In this document: positions 55,354 through 64,000 of the stretch, in pieces
Position numbering within the stretch: the stretch's first letter is position 1
Layout of the letters: each line of letters begins with the position of its first letter
DNA from: Spirochaetia bacterium
GTDB lineage: Bacteria; Spirochaetota; Spirochaetia; SZUA-6; Bin103
DNA length: 64,000 nt
Assembly (NCBI GenBank): GCA_965198005.1
Contig: CBDAOI010000003.1
Span: 1,056,001-1,120,000 of the forward strand
Direction: 5' to 3'
Position numbers and translations under genes: made by a program
The notes under the pieces: generated by a model
Seen by the model: only the letters and a program-made list of their open reading frames with translations
What the model was told of the DNA's origin: nothing
Database searches by the model: none

Positions 55354-56910
55354 CTAGAATATCGCCTGGGTGGGCGGTCCCTGCACCGGGGTGCTCTGGG
55401 CCTGGGTGAAGCGCCCGATCGCTTCCTGGAAGTTGTCGACCAGGAGCTCGGACTCGAACACGTTGCGCTGAAGATCCTGCGGTACGGCGGTGGCCACGAA
55501 GTACTCGTGGAACGACTCCAGGTCGCGCTGCGTGGTCTCGTCGATGGTGCGTTCCTCGCGGAGCTGCAGCACCAGGATGCCGGTGTCGAGTGCAATCGGG
55601 CCCGAGATCTCGCCCGGCCCGAGGCTGAAGCCGCGCGCAAAGAACTCTTCGTGGTACGGTGCGGTCCGGAGCAGGTCGCTGTCGAGGTCGAGCGCGCGCA
55701 CCGGCTGCGTGAGCAGCAGATTGCGGAAATTGATCGGGAAGAACTCGCTCTCGACGGTCTCGACTCCCAACGCGGCGGCGGCCGCGGCGAAGCCGTCGGC
55801 CAGCGCCTGCTGCCGGAACCGCTCCGCCTCGGCGACGTGGAAGTCCTGGACGAAGCCGCGCTCGTAGCGGCTCAGGTAGTCCTGCACCGCGGCCCATACC
55901 TCGGCATCGCCGAAGTCCGGCTCGATCATCTCCGTGTCCGCACGGTAGATCACCTCGCCGAAGCGGCTGGACAACACGTCGGTGGTCTCCCCCGTACTCA
56001 GGGCGAACACCGCTTCCGCGAGCGTAGCGTCCTCGAAGTCGCGCTCCAGGTCGTAGTAGTACTTCCAGCCGACGTCGCCACCGGTGGCTACATCGTCCAG
56101 AGAGTACAGGCGCGCCAGCTCTTCGAAGCTCGCGGAGCCGTCCCGCAGCCGCTGGAGCACGTCCGCGCTCTCCCCACTGCCCGCGCGCACCCGAATCCGG
56201 CTGAGCTTGATCCGGCGGAACAGGTCCGTGCGCTCCTGGCCGAGTTCGATCAGGCGCGCCTCCGGGAGCTGGTCGAAGCTGAATGCAGCGACCATGAAGC
56301 TGCGTTCCGTGGTGCCCATCGCCTGAAAGAACGCGCCCGCCTTGGAACTGGTGTTCACCTCGGCCAGGTCGCGGAAGTACTGGCGCTCCACGAGCTGCTC
56401 GGCCACCAGCTTCCGGTTGGTCCGCTTCTGCGAGGCCGGCGTGGCGTTGTACCGGTCCTCGCTGAACACCCCGCCGATCACGTACGGACCGGTACGGATC
56501 AGCTCGCTGTCGATCAGGTTGTCGGAGACCGTCAGGTCGGAGCCGGCGGCCCGGTCCAGCACCGCGACCCGGAAGGTGGCGCGTTGAAACGCCTGGCGGA
56601 TGATGGTGTAGAGCTCGGAGCCGTCAGAGTCGGCGCGGTTCAGTCCCCGGCGCTGATCCGAAATCTGCAGGATCTGACTGTGGAAGTAGTTGCCGGGTTT
56701 GTGGACGATCTCCACGCCGTCGTAGAACCCGAAGACCGTGGACGAGCCGACGCCGGCGAACCGGCCGATCGCCGGCGCGCCGATGAAGGACACCGTGATC
56801 AGCACCAGCACGATCACGCTGCCGATATAGAGCAGCGGGTTGGACTTGCGCTGCGCCGCAATGGCGGCATGCGGGCGCTTCGGGGAAGTGCGTTCGTGTT
56901 TCTTTGCCAT
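55354..56910 (-). CDS. Membrane-anchored PpiD/SurA-like chaperone with parvulin domain
   Basis: N-terminal TM, helical SurA-like region, 'SFEELARLYS.D....GGDVGW', GEISGPI. Confidence 0.8.
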   Translation of the reverse strand: MAKKHERTSPKRPHAAIAAQRKSNPLLYIGSVIVLVLITVSFIGAPAIGRFAGVGSSTVFGFYDGVEIVHKPGNYFHSQILQISDQRRGLNRADSDGSELYTIIRQAFQRATFRVAVLDRAAGSDLTVSDNLIDSELIRTGPYVIGGVFSEDRYNATPASQKRTNRKLVAEQLVERQYFRDLAEVNTSSKAGAFFQAMGTTERSFMVAAFSFDQLPEARLIELGQERTDLFRRIKLSRIRVRAGSGESADVLQRLRDGSASFEELARLYSLDDVATGGDVGWKYYYDLERDFEDATLAEAVFALSTGETTDVLSSRFGEVIYRADTEMIEPDFGDAEVWAAVQDYLSRYERGFVQDFHVAEAERFRQQALADGFAAAAAALGVETVESEFFPINFRNLLLTQPVRALDLDSDLLRTAPYHEEFFARGFSLGPGEISGPIALDTGILVLQLREERTIDETTQRDLESFHEYFVATAVPQDLQRNVFESELLVDNFQEAIGRFTQAQSTPVQGPPTQAIF

Positions 56911-57014
56911 GGATTCGGGGAGCTTGCCACGAATAGTAGCGCAAGCCGCGGGTTGCGACAACAGGGGGTTTCCGCGCGAACCGGGTGCGCAGCGCTGCGG
57001 AGCGCACGCAAGCG

Positions 57015-57044
57015 TTGACAGCGGCGCCGGTCGGCACCTATATT
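57015..57044 (+). promoter_or_regulatory. Putative sigma70 promoter of the tRNA pair
   Basis: TTGACA-N18-TATATT. Confidence 0.6.
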
Positions 57045-57061
57045 GAGCGGGCAGTTGAACT

Positions 57062-57135
57062 GGGGGCGTGGCGAAGGTGGTTATCGCGCCGGCCTGTCAA
57101 GCCGGAGGCCGCGGGTTCAAGTCCCGTCGCTCCCG
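57062..57135 (+). tRNA. tRNA-Asp(GUC)
   Basis: GGGGGCG/CGCTCCC acceptor, CCGGC-CTGTCAA-GCCGG, GTTCAAGT. Confidence 0.95.
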
Positions 57136-57152
57136 AACCAGCATCACGTTTG

Positions 57153-57225
57153 CGGGCTGTGGCGCAGTGGCTAGCGCGCTCGGTTCGGGACCGAGAGGTC
57201 GGGAGTTCAAGTCTCCCCAGCCCGA
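57153..57225 (+). tRNA. tRNA-Pro(CGG)
   Basis: CGGGCTG/CAGCCCG acceptor, CTCGG-TTCGGGA-CCGAG, GTTCAAGT. Confidence 0.95.
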
Positions 57226-57273
57226 CATCCCGCCGCACTCCAGATCAGGCGCATCCGAACCGAAACTTAGGCT

Positions 57274-58131
57274 ATGAGGCGCACATCTCTCGGTAGCGTC
57301 CCGGTGCCGGTGTCGCTTGGCGGCCGCGGCGGCCGGTACCGGTTGCGGTGGTGGGTGCTCGGACTGGCCCTGCTGGTCGCAGTTGCCGCGCCGGCGCCGG
57401 CCGACTCCGGGCGTACGCATCGCGTGGCCGCGGGAGAGACTCTGTATCGGATCGCCAAGAACTACGGGATTACCGTGGACCTGTTGCGTGACGCGAACGC
57501 GATTACCGATCCGACCCGGTTGCGCGTCGGCCAGGAGCTGGTCATCCCGCGCGCGCACGTGGTGCGGCCGGGCGATACGGTGTACGCCCTGAGCCGCCGG
57601 TTTCAGGTCGAAGTGGCGGAGATTCTGCGCGCCAATGGCATCACCGATCCGACCTCGATGGAGATCGGGGAACTGCTGGTGATACCGGGGGGCAACGGGG
57701 AGGCGGCGCGCCGACCCGAGGCCGCGGCCACCGTCGCCCGCGCGGCGCCCGCCGCGTCCACGCGCCCCGTGAGCGACGAGAATCGGTTGTGGCCGCTACA
57801 CGGCCCGCGCCGCCGGCTCACCGGCAAGCTCACGGGAATCGTAATCGCGGGCCAGGAGGGGGCGGCGGTACGCTCGGTGTCGTCCGGCACCGTGCGCTGG
57901 GCCAGCCCCAGCCGCGGGTTTGGACACGTGGTCCTGGTGCAGAATCCGTTGGGGTACATCTTCGGGTACCTCGGCAACAGCGAGACCTTGGTGGACGTGG
58001 GCGATCGGGTCGAGATCGGCACCGAGATCGGGCGCCTCGGCATCAACCCGCACGATGACCAGCCCAGCCTGTACTTCGTGGTGTTCAAGGACGGGCGCCC
58101 CGCCGACCCGTCACTCGCGCCGCGCGTGTGA
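57274..58131 (+). CDS. LysM x2 + degenerate M23 domain protein (NlpD/EnvC-like)
   Basis: GETLYRIA and GDTVYAL LysM repeats. The M23-like domain lacks HxxxD and HxH (reads LTGIV, SLYF), so it is probably non-catalytic. Confidence 0.85.
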   Translation: MRRTSLGSVPVPVSLGGRGGRYRLRWWVLGLALLVAVAAPAPADSGRTHRVAAGETLYRIAKNYGITVDLLRDANAITDPTRLRVGQELVIPRAHVVRPGDTVYALSRRFQVEVAEILRANGITDPTSMEIGELLVIPGGNGEAARRPEAAATVARAAPAASTRPVSDENRLWPLHGPRRRLTGKLTGIVIAGQEGAAVRSVSSGTVRWASPSRGFGHVVLVQNPLGYIFGYLGNSETLVDVGDRVEIGTEIGRLGINPHDDQPSLYFVVFKDGRPADPSLAPRV

Positions 58132-59195
58132 CCACCTATCGCTTCGCCGCGGCGCCGCCGGTTACGCGGGTACTGTTCAATGACGAGCTGGCCGCCGCGT
58201 TGCGCGCCGCGGCCAACCGGGTGGTGGTGTTCGACGGCACCACGGCGCGGCTGTTCGGCGCGGGGGTGCCGGACCCGGTGCTGCTGGAAGACCGGGAGCG
58301 CGCCAAGGGCTGGAGCTCCGTGGAGCGGGTGCTGCTGGCCGCGCACGGACGCGGCCTGGACCGGGCCGGTGAGATCGTGGGCGTCGGCGGCGGCGCGGTG
58401 TGCGACGTGGCCGCGTTCGCGGCGTCGATCTATCTGCGCGGCGTGCGCCTGATGCTGATCCCGACCACGGTCACCGCGATGGTGGATGCCGCGCTGGGCG
58501 GCAAGACCGGCATCAACCTGCGCCAGGGCAAGAACCTGGTCGGCACGTTCTACCCCGCGCACACGCTGGTGATCGTGCCGCGCGTGGTGGGGCACCTGTC
58601 CGACGTCGACTACCTGGACGGGCTGGCCGAGGTGATCAAGACCGCCCTGCTGGGGGACGCCGAGCTGCTGGCGCTGCTGGAGCGGCAGCGCGCGGGAGTT
58701 CTGGCGCGGGCGCCGGCCCTGGTGGGCGAGTACGTGCGCCGCTGCCTGGCGGTCAAGGCGCGGTTCGTGGCCGGCGACCTGCGCGAGGAACGCGGGACGG
58801 CGGTGGGGCCGGACGGCACGTCGCGGGCGTTTCTCAACCTGGGACACACCTTCGCGCATGCGCTGGAGTCGGCGTCCGGGTTTGCCTGGACCCACGGCGC
58901 GGCGGTGGCGTGGGGCATCGTGCGCGCCATGCGCCTGGGCCGGGCGCTGGGCGTGACCGACCCCGCGTACGCGGCGCGCGTCGAGCGCTTGGTGCGCGCC
59001 TACGGGTACCGGCTGACCGCGGGCGGGATCGATCCGGACCGCCTGCTGGCCGCGATGCGGTCGGACAAGAAGCGGAGCGGCAACGAGCTGCGCTTCGTTC
59101 TGCAGCGCGCTCTGGCGCAGACCGTGCTGCAGGCAGTGGACCCTGCGCAGGTGCGCCGGGTCCTGGCGGACGACGACGGCCGCAACGCGGGATAA
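58128..59195 (+). CDS. aroB: 3-dehydroquinate synthase
   Basis: GGGAVCD, PTT..AMVDAALGGKTG.N, KNLVGTF, LNLGHTFAHALE, HG.AVA.G, DKK. Confidence 0.95.
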   Translation: MTTYRFAAAPPVTRVLFNDELAAALRAAANRVVVFDGTTARLFGAGVPDPVLLEDRERAKGWSSVERVLLAAHGRGLDRAGEIVGVGGGAVCDVAAFAASIYLRGVRLMLIPTTVTAMVDAALGGKTGINLRQGKNLVGTFYPAHTLVIVPRVVGHLSDVDYLDGLAEVIKTALLGDAELLALLERQRAGVLARAPALVGEYVRRCLAVKARFVAGDLREERGTAVGPDGTSRAFLNLGHTFAHALESASGFAWTHGAAVAWGIVRAMRLGRALGVTDPAYAARVERLVRAYGYRLTAGGIDPDRLLAAMRSDKKRSGNELRFVLQRALAQTVLQAVDPAQVRRVLADDDGRNAG

Positions 59196-59219
59196 GCCTG
59201 GGTAAGCCTTGGATAAGCC

Positions 59220-61853
59220 CTACAGCAGTTCGGATACGCGCCGGTAGACTGCGCTGAGGCGGGCCTGCTGCGCGTTGTCCAGCGTGCCGGCGGGCGCGTC
59301 GGCCAGTTCCTCCAGCGCCGCCAGGCTATCGGCCACCGCGCTCTGCAGAGTGCGGCGCGCCGCCAGCCGGAAGCGGCCGTGCGAATCGGTGCGCAGCGCC
59401 AGGAAGGCGAGCTGGGTGCCGGCGGGGGTGCGCGGGGCGAGCGCCAGCACATGGTCGAGCCGCCGCACCAGGGGAGCGGCGTCGCCGGGAAGCTGCATCG
59501 GCTCGCGCGGCCAGGTTGCGTCAACGCGGTGGTCGGGGTCGGCCTTGCGCAGCACCTCGAACAGGACCGGCAGGCGGGCGCCGGTCATCACCTCGGCCCC
59601 GTCCAGCATGATCCGGCCGCGCAGCTTGCGGTGGGCGGCCAGCGCCCGCCGGCCGGCGCGCCGCGCCAGCGGCGCCGCCTGCCGCCACGGCAGGGTGACC
59701 ATCTGCCCCTTGCTGCCGTGCGCGGACAGCGCGAAGGTCTCGCCCAGGATGCGCACCTGGGCCTCGGCGCGCCGCGCCCAGCCGCGGTCGGGCGGTTCGT
59801 CCACCGCCGCCGCGGCTCCGCGCCTCCGGCGGCGCCGGCCGCCGTCCCGCGCCGCGGCCGGCGCCGCCGCCACCAGGTCGGCCAGCAGATCGGGCGACAG
59901 CGCCTGCACTTCCGCGCGCTGCAGCGGCGACACCGAACGGGCGTAGGTGCGCGACGTGCGCACGACCTCGCCGGCGACGATGAAGCGGGCCTGCTGCCCG
60001 TACATGCCGGATCCCGGGTGGATGAAGATGTTGCCGGCGGTGGGGCTGCGGTAGCGTCCGGGCCCCACGGCCACGCACACGAACTGGATCAGCCCGCGCG
60101 CCACCGCGCACAAGTAATGGCTCAGCGCGGCGTCAGTCGCGCCGCCGCTCGCGCCGCCGCTTGCGCCCTCGGTGGCACCACCGCCATCTCCACCGGCGGC
60201 GCGCGGCGCGAACCGCGCGGCCGGAACCCCGAGGCCGGTGACGATCTCCTCGAGTTGCGTCTTGATGTTGAGAATCTCGTGCATCGTACGCGGCTCAAGG
60301 TAGTTGCGCGCGCAGAACTCCTCCCGGTCGCGGCTGTCGCGGAAGTCCCGGAACAGGTGCAGATAAGCCACCAGGTCGCCGAGCGGGTGGCGAAACCGGT
60401 GGTGCGCGTGGCGCGCCTCCAGCTCGTGCCCCTCGGGCAGCACCAGCGGGCTCGGCACCGACAGAAACGCGGCGGCGATCAGCGTCTCCTCCAGCACGTC
60501 CGGGTAGCGGCGGATCGCTTCCACCAGCATGCGCGCGTGGCGCGGGAGGATCGGAAACTGCACCATCAGCCGGCCGGCCTCGGTCAGCGACCGGTCCGCA
60601 TCGAGGGCGTCCAGCAGTTCCAGCAGGCGGACGGCGCCGGCGATCCGTTCCGCTCCGGGTGACGACAGAAAGTCGAACTCCTCGTAATCGCTGATCCCGA
60701 GATCGGCCATGCGCAGCACCACCTCGGACAGGTCGGTGCGGTGGATCTCCTCCAGTTGGAACAGCGGACGCTGGCGGTAGGACTCCTCGGAGTAGAGGCG
60801 GTAGCAGACGCCGGGCCCGGTACGGCCCGCGCGGCCCCGGCGCTGGTTGCAGGAAGCGTGCGCGATCGGTTGTTCGGTAAGGGCCGCGGTGAAGGTGCGC
60901 GGGTTGTAGGAGTTGATCTTTCCCAGCCCCGCGTCGATCACGAAGCCGATGCCGGGGATGGTGAGGCTGGTCTCGGCGATGTTGGTGGCCACCACCATTT
61001 TGCGCCGGCCCGGAAACGAATCGAACACGCGTCCCTGCTCCGCCTGAGACAGCCGCGCGAACAGCGGCAGCAGTTGCCAGCGGCGGCTCTCGTGGCGGGC
61101 GCCGAGCCGGGCGATACAGGCGCGGATGTCGCGCTCGCCGGAGAGGAAAATCAACACGTCGCCGCGCTCGCGCGCGCGGTCGATCTCCAGCACCACCGTT
61201 TCGATGCCGTCCAGAAGCTGCTCGGGGTCGCCGGCCGGCTGGAACGGACGGTAGAGGATCCGCACCGGATGCTGCGGCGTGTCGATACGCACGATCGGGC
61301 ATTGATCGAAGTACTCCGAAAACACCTCGGCGTTGATCGTGGCGGAGGACACGATCACCTTGAACTCGGGACGCTGCGCCAGCACCCCCTTGAGCAGCCC
61401 GAGCGCGAAGTCGATGTTGAGCGAGCGTTCATGCGCCTCGTCGATGATCAGCACCGTGTACTCGCGCAGCAGGCGGTCGTGCTTGAGCTCCTGCAGCAGC
61501 ACGCCGTCGGTCATGAACTTGATCCGGGTGCGGGCGGTGGTAGTGTCCTCGAACCGCATCTTGTAGGCCACCAGATCGGCCGGCACGTCGCCGGTGGCCA
61601 GGAGCTGGGCGCGGATGAAGTCGCTCACCGACACCGCGGCGATGCGGCGCGGCTGGGTCACGCCGATGCGGTGCGTGCCGGCGTACCCCGCTTCGTACAG
61701 GATGCGGGGAAGCTGGGTGGTCTTGCCGGAACCGGTGGGGCTCTCGACTACGATCACGGGGCTGCGCGCGAGCTGCTCCAGGATTTCCTCCCGGTGGCGG
61801 GACACGGGCAGCGCGGCGGCCAGTTCGATGATTGCCGCGGAGTCGGGTTGCAT
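59220..61853 (-). CDS. hrpA: ATP-dependent DEAH-box RNA helicase HrpA-like
   Basis: PTGSGKT, TQPRRIAA, DEAHERS, SAT, ATNIAETS, QRRGRAGR, HA2/OB region. Confidence 0.93.
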   Translation of the reverse strand: MQPDSAAIIELAAALPVSRHREEILEQLARSPVIVVESPTGSGKTTQLPRILYEAGYAGTHRIGVTQPRRIAAVSVSDFIRAQLLATGDVPADLVAYKMRFEDTTTARTRIKFMTDGVLLQELKHDRLLREYTVLIIDEAHERSLNIDFALGLLKGVLAQRPEFKVIVSSATINAEVFSEYFDQCPIVRIDTPQHPVRILYRPFQPAGDPEQLLDGIETVVLEIDRARERGDVLIFLSGERDIRACIARLGARHESRRWQLLPLFARLSQAEQGRVFDSFPGRRKMVVATNIAETSLTIPGIGFVIDAGLGKINSYNPRTFTAALTEQPIAHASCNQRRGRAGRTGPGVCYRLYSEESYRQRPLFQLEEIHRTDLSEVVLRMADLGISDYEEFDFLSSPGAERIAGAVRLLELLDALDADRSLTEAGRLMVQFPILPRHARMLVEAIRRYPDVLEETLIAAAFLSVPSPLVLPEGHELEARHAHHRFRHPLGDLVAYLHLFRDFRDSRDREEFCARNYLEPRTMHEILNIKTQLEEIVTGLGVPAARFAPRAAGGDGGGATEGASGGASGGATDAALSHYLCAVARGLIQFVCVAVGPGRYRSPTAGNIFIHPGSGMYGQQARFIVAGEVVRTSRTYARSVSPLQRAEVQALSPDLLADLVAAAPAAARDGGRRRRRRGAAAAVDEPPDRGWARRAEAQVRILGETFALSAHGSKGQMVTLPWRQAAPLARRAGRRALAAHRKLRGRIMLDGAEVMTGARLPVLFEVLRKADPDHRVDATWPREPMQLPGDAAPLVRRLDHVLALAPRTPAGTQLAFLALRTDSHGRFRLAARRTLQSAVADSLAALEELADAPAGTLDNAQQARLSAVYRRVSELL

Positions 61854-61913
61854 TCTCCAGTGTACCCCAACCATGCTACCCTGGGCGAGCGCGCACGAGG
61901 CACACCGGCAGCC

Positions 61914-63059
61914 ATGGCACTTCCGCGACAGATTCGTCCGCCCCGGGGGGCGGAGCGCACCGAGCAGGAGATCGTGCTCTACGTGCGCAGTATCCCGTTT
62001 CTGACGCCGCGCGAGATCGCGGCCACGATCCGCGGCCTGGGCTACGTCGGGCAGGACCGCGCGGTCACGGTGGCGGCGCTGATGGCCCATCGCCACGTGT
62101 CGCGCCTGCGCAAGATCTACCTCGAGGGGGTGAGCCGCGACCTGCTGCCGGCCAAGACCAACCTGCTGCTGGTCGGCCCGACCGGGTGCGGCAAGACCTA
62201 CCTGGTGGAGCTGCTGTTCCGGCACGTGCTGCATCTGCCGACGGTGATCGTGGATCTGACCGGCTACTCCGAGACCGGCTACGTGGGCCAGGACGTCACG
62301 TCGATCCTCACGCGCCTGCTCTATGCCGCCGACCTCAGCCAGGCGGCGACCTCGGTCGGGGTGGTGTGCCTGGACGAGTTCGACAAGGTGGCGTCGGGCC
62401 AGAACAACGCGGTGTTCGCCGGCGCCGGGACCACCAAGGACGTGTCGGGGGTCGGGGTCCAGCGCGAGCTGCTCAAGATGCTCGAGACAGTCGAGGTGGC
62501 GGTGCCGAACGAGCTGTCCCACTCCGAGTACGGCGCGCGCACGCTGCTGTCCACCTCCGACATCGCCTTCATAAGCTGCGGCGCGTTCTCGGGATTCAAG
62601 GGGGTGACCGACGCCGGACGGGCGGAGGGGATCGGCTTCGGCCGCACCGGCGACGCCCGCGACCTGGAGCGGATCGCGGTGTCCTACAGCGAGGACGAGG
62701 TCGGGACCGTGCGCCATTTCCAGAGCTACGGGTTCCTGCCGGAGCTGATCGGCCGCTTCAAGCGCATCGTTCCGTTCCAGGCGCTGTCCGCCGGCCAGCT
62801 CATGCAGATCCTCCGGCAGAACATCCTCAAGCAGTACACCAACGAGTTCCTGTTCGACGAGATTCGGCTGGAGGTGGACGACGACGTCCTGGAGCTGATG
62901 GTCGAGCGGGCGCTGGGCAAGGAGACCGGCGCGCGCGGGCTGGAGGCGGTGTTCATGCGCTGCCTGGAGGACGCCGCGTTCGAGGCGTACTCCGAGCAGG
63001 GCGCGAGCCGTATCCGGCTGCTGCGGCAGGGCGGCGAGGTGACTTTCAAGCTGTCGTGA
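61914..63059 (+). CDS. ClpX-like AAA+ unfoldase lacking the N-terminal zinc-binding domain
   Basis: GPTGCGKT, GYVGQDV, LDEFDK, DVSG.GVQ..LLK, IGF loop, PELIGR, TGARGL. Confidence 0.88.
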   Translation: MALPRQIRPPRGAERTEQEIVLYVRSIPFLTPREIAATIRGLGYVGQDRAVTVAALMAHRHVSRLRKIYLEGVSRDLLPAKTNLLLVGPTGCGKTYLVELLFRHVLHLPTVIVDLTGYSETGYVGQDVTSILTRLLYAADLSQAATSVGVVCLDEFDKVASGQNNAVFAGAGTTKDVSGVGVQRELLKMLETVEVAVPNELSHSEYGARTLLSTSDIAFISCGAFSGFKGVTDAGRAEGIGFGRTGDARDLERIAVSYSEDEVGTVRHFQSYGFLPELIGRFKRIVPFQALSAGQLMQILRQNILKQYTNEFLFDEIRLEVDDDVLELMVERALGKETGARGLEAVFMRCLEDAAFEAYSEQGASRIRLLRQGGEVTFKLS

Positions 63060-63105
63060 CGACCGGGGGCTGGGGTGGCCGCGCAGCCGGCGCAGGGGGT
63101 GGCGC

Positions 63106-63732
63106 TCAGGCCTCCGCGCCGGCGCTCCGCTCGAGCCAGAGCGCGTCCACCCGGCCGCGGAGTTGTTCCAGCCCGCCGCTGTTGTCGATTACCACGTCGG
63201 CGTAGGGGAGCCGTTCCGCGGGCGTGACCTGGGCGTCGATCACCGCCCGAATGGTCGCCTCCGGCATGCGGCCGCGCGCGCGCACGCGCTCGATCACCTG
63301 CGCTTCCGGCGCGGTGACCACCCAGACTTCGTCGAACATCCGGGTCCACTCAGCCGAGTTCCGGATCGCCTCGACCAGCAGCGGCACCTCCACCACGATG
63401 AGCTGCGCCCCGCGGCCGCGCGCGACGGCGACCTGGTCGCACAGCAGGCGGCGCACCTGGGGATGGACGATGGCGTTCAGCCGGTCGCGGGCCGCGGCGT
63501 CGCGGAACACGGTGGCGGCCAGCCGCGTGCGGGAAATGCTCCCGTCGGGCTCGACCATCTCCGCCCCGAAGGCGGCGACGATCGCGCGCCAGCCGGCGGT
63601 CTTCGGCAGGTACACTTGGTGCGCGGCCGTGTCGGCGTCGATTACCGCGGCCCCCCGTTCAGCGAGCAGACGCGCCACCGCCGACTTGCCGCTGCCGATC
63701 CCGCCGGTCACCCCGATTACCCGGCTCGCCAT
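63106..63732 (-). CDS. coaE: Dephospho-CoA kinase
   Basis: IGVTGGIGSGKS, IDAD, LNAIVHP, VPLLVE, ADVVIDNSG. Confidence 0.95.
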   Translation of the reverse strand: MASRVIGVTGGIGSGKSAVARLLAERGAAVIDADTAAHQVYLPKTAGWRAIVAAFGAEMVEPDGSISRTRLAATVFRDAAARDRLNAIVHPQVRRLLCDQVAVARGRGAQLIVVEVPLLVEAIRNSAEWTRMFDEVWVVTAPEAQVIERVRARGRMPEATIRAVIDAQVTPAERLPYADVVIDNSGGLEQLRGRVDALWLERSAGAEA

Positions 63733-63927
63733 CGTCCGCGTGTGATCCTCCTCCAAAGCCCGCGGCCGCTCATACTCGGCTTTGGGCAGGATACTGAAAG
63801 CGGCCCGCCCTGCACAAACCCCGACATCCGCCTGCCGCGCTCGCCGAGAACTGCCGCTACGGGATCGACTGTCAGGTTTCGGAAGCTACTGCAAGCCGGT
63901 GACCGTTCGGCGAGAGAAGATGCCGGT

Positions 63928-64000
63928 CTACTCGTAGCGCAGGACGTGGGCGACGCTCATGCGGGCGGTGCGCAGTACCGGGACCAGCGTGGCGCCGGCG
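63928..64000 (-). CDS. C-terminal end of an FtsX/LolC-E-like ABC permease (partial)
   Basis: ...AGATLVPVLRTARMSVAHVLRYE*, matching the P..RA......LRYE terminus of this family. Confidence 0.65.
   Translation of the reverse strand, partial: AGATLVPVLRTARMSVAHVLRYE

Noticed and set aside
47163-57225. tRNA genes as island integration sites
   Set aside because: No integrase, no duplicated tRNA 3' ends, and only housekeeping neighbours.
125-63745. Many long alternative-frame and antisense ORFs in the track (e.g. 12175-14460, 26448-29429, 34447-36957, 49742-51619, 54808-57018)
   Set aside because: They are shadows of recognisable genes, caused by stop-codon scarcity at high GC; they are Arg/Ala/Pro-rich with no motifs.
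1-64000. CRISPR array, rRNA, intact transposase/integrase or prophage
   Set aside because: No regularly spaced repeat-spacer array and no recognisable sequence of these types was seen.

Overview
High-GC (roughly 70% by eye) bacterial chromosome segment. Gene order (rplU-rpmA-obgE-nadD-LCP-rsfS / spoVG-tRNA-Gln-rplY-pth-tilS-ftsH, rpsT-HU/IHF-lnt, secA opposite an LIC12708-like lipoprotein) points to a Spirochaetota genome; this is an inference. Most of the window is housekeeping: secA, nnr, two EF-G paralogues, pgeF, bioY, gltX, glyS, tyrS, rho, two lnt, lepA, a PpiD-like gene, aroB, hrpA, a clpX-like gene, coaE, three LysM/M23 peptidases and 4 tRNAs. The standout is a stand-alone fliM-fliN-fliO-fliP-fliQ-fliR-flhB-flhA-flhF-fliA cluster. 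Its membrane export gate is intact, but three modules appear specifically lost: FlhB NPTH is replaced by GGAR, FlhA lacks about one D2 domain, and FliM lacks the CheY-binding peptide. flhG is also absent. This suggests a switch-less, filament-less, possibly repurposed flagellar type III export machine, or one in decay. fliA has its own sigma70-like promoter, and a sigma28-like promoter precedes the adjacent LysM/M23 genes. Between the EF-G genes is a toxin-antitoxin/defence graveyard bounded by a 190-bp direct repeat. Also notable are a hyperacidic protein, a structured rho leader, a tRNA-Leu(UAA) abutting or overlapping lnt, a perfect 28-bp palindrome, and a dispersed hairpin repeat that supplies a protease N-terminus. 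All alignments were done by eye from recalled family motifs; no database searches were run.
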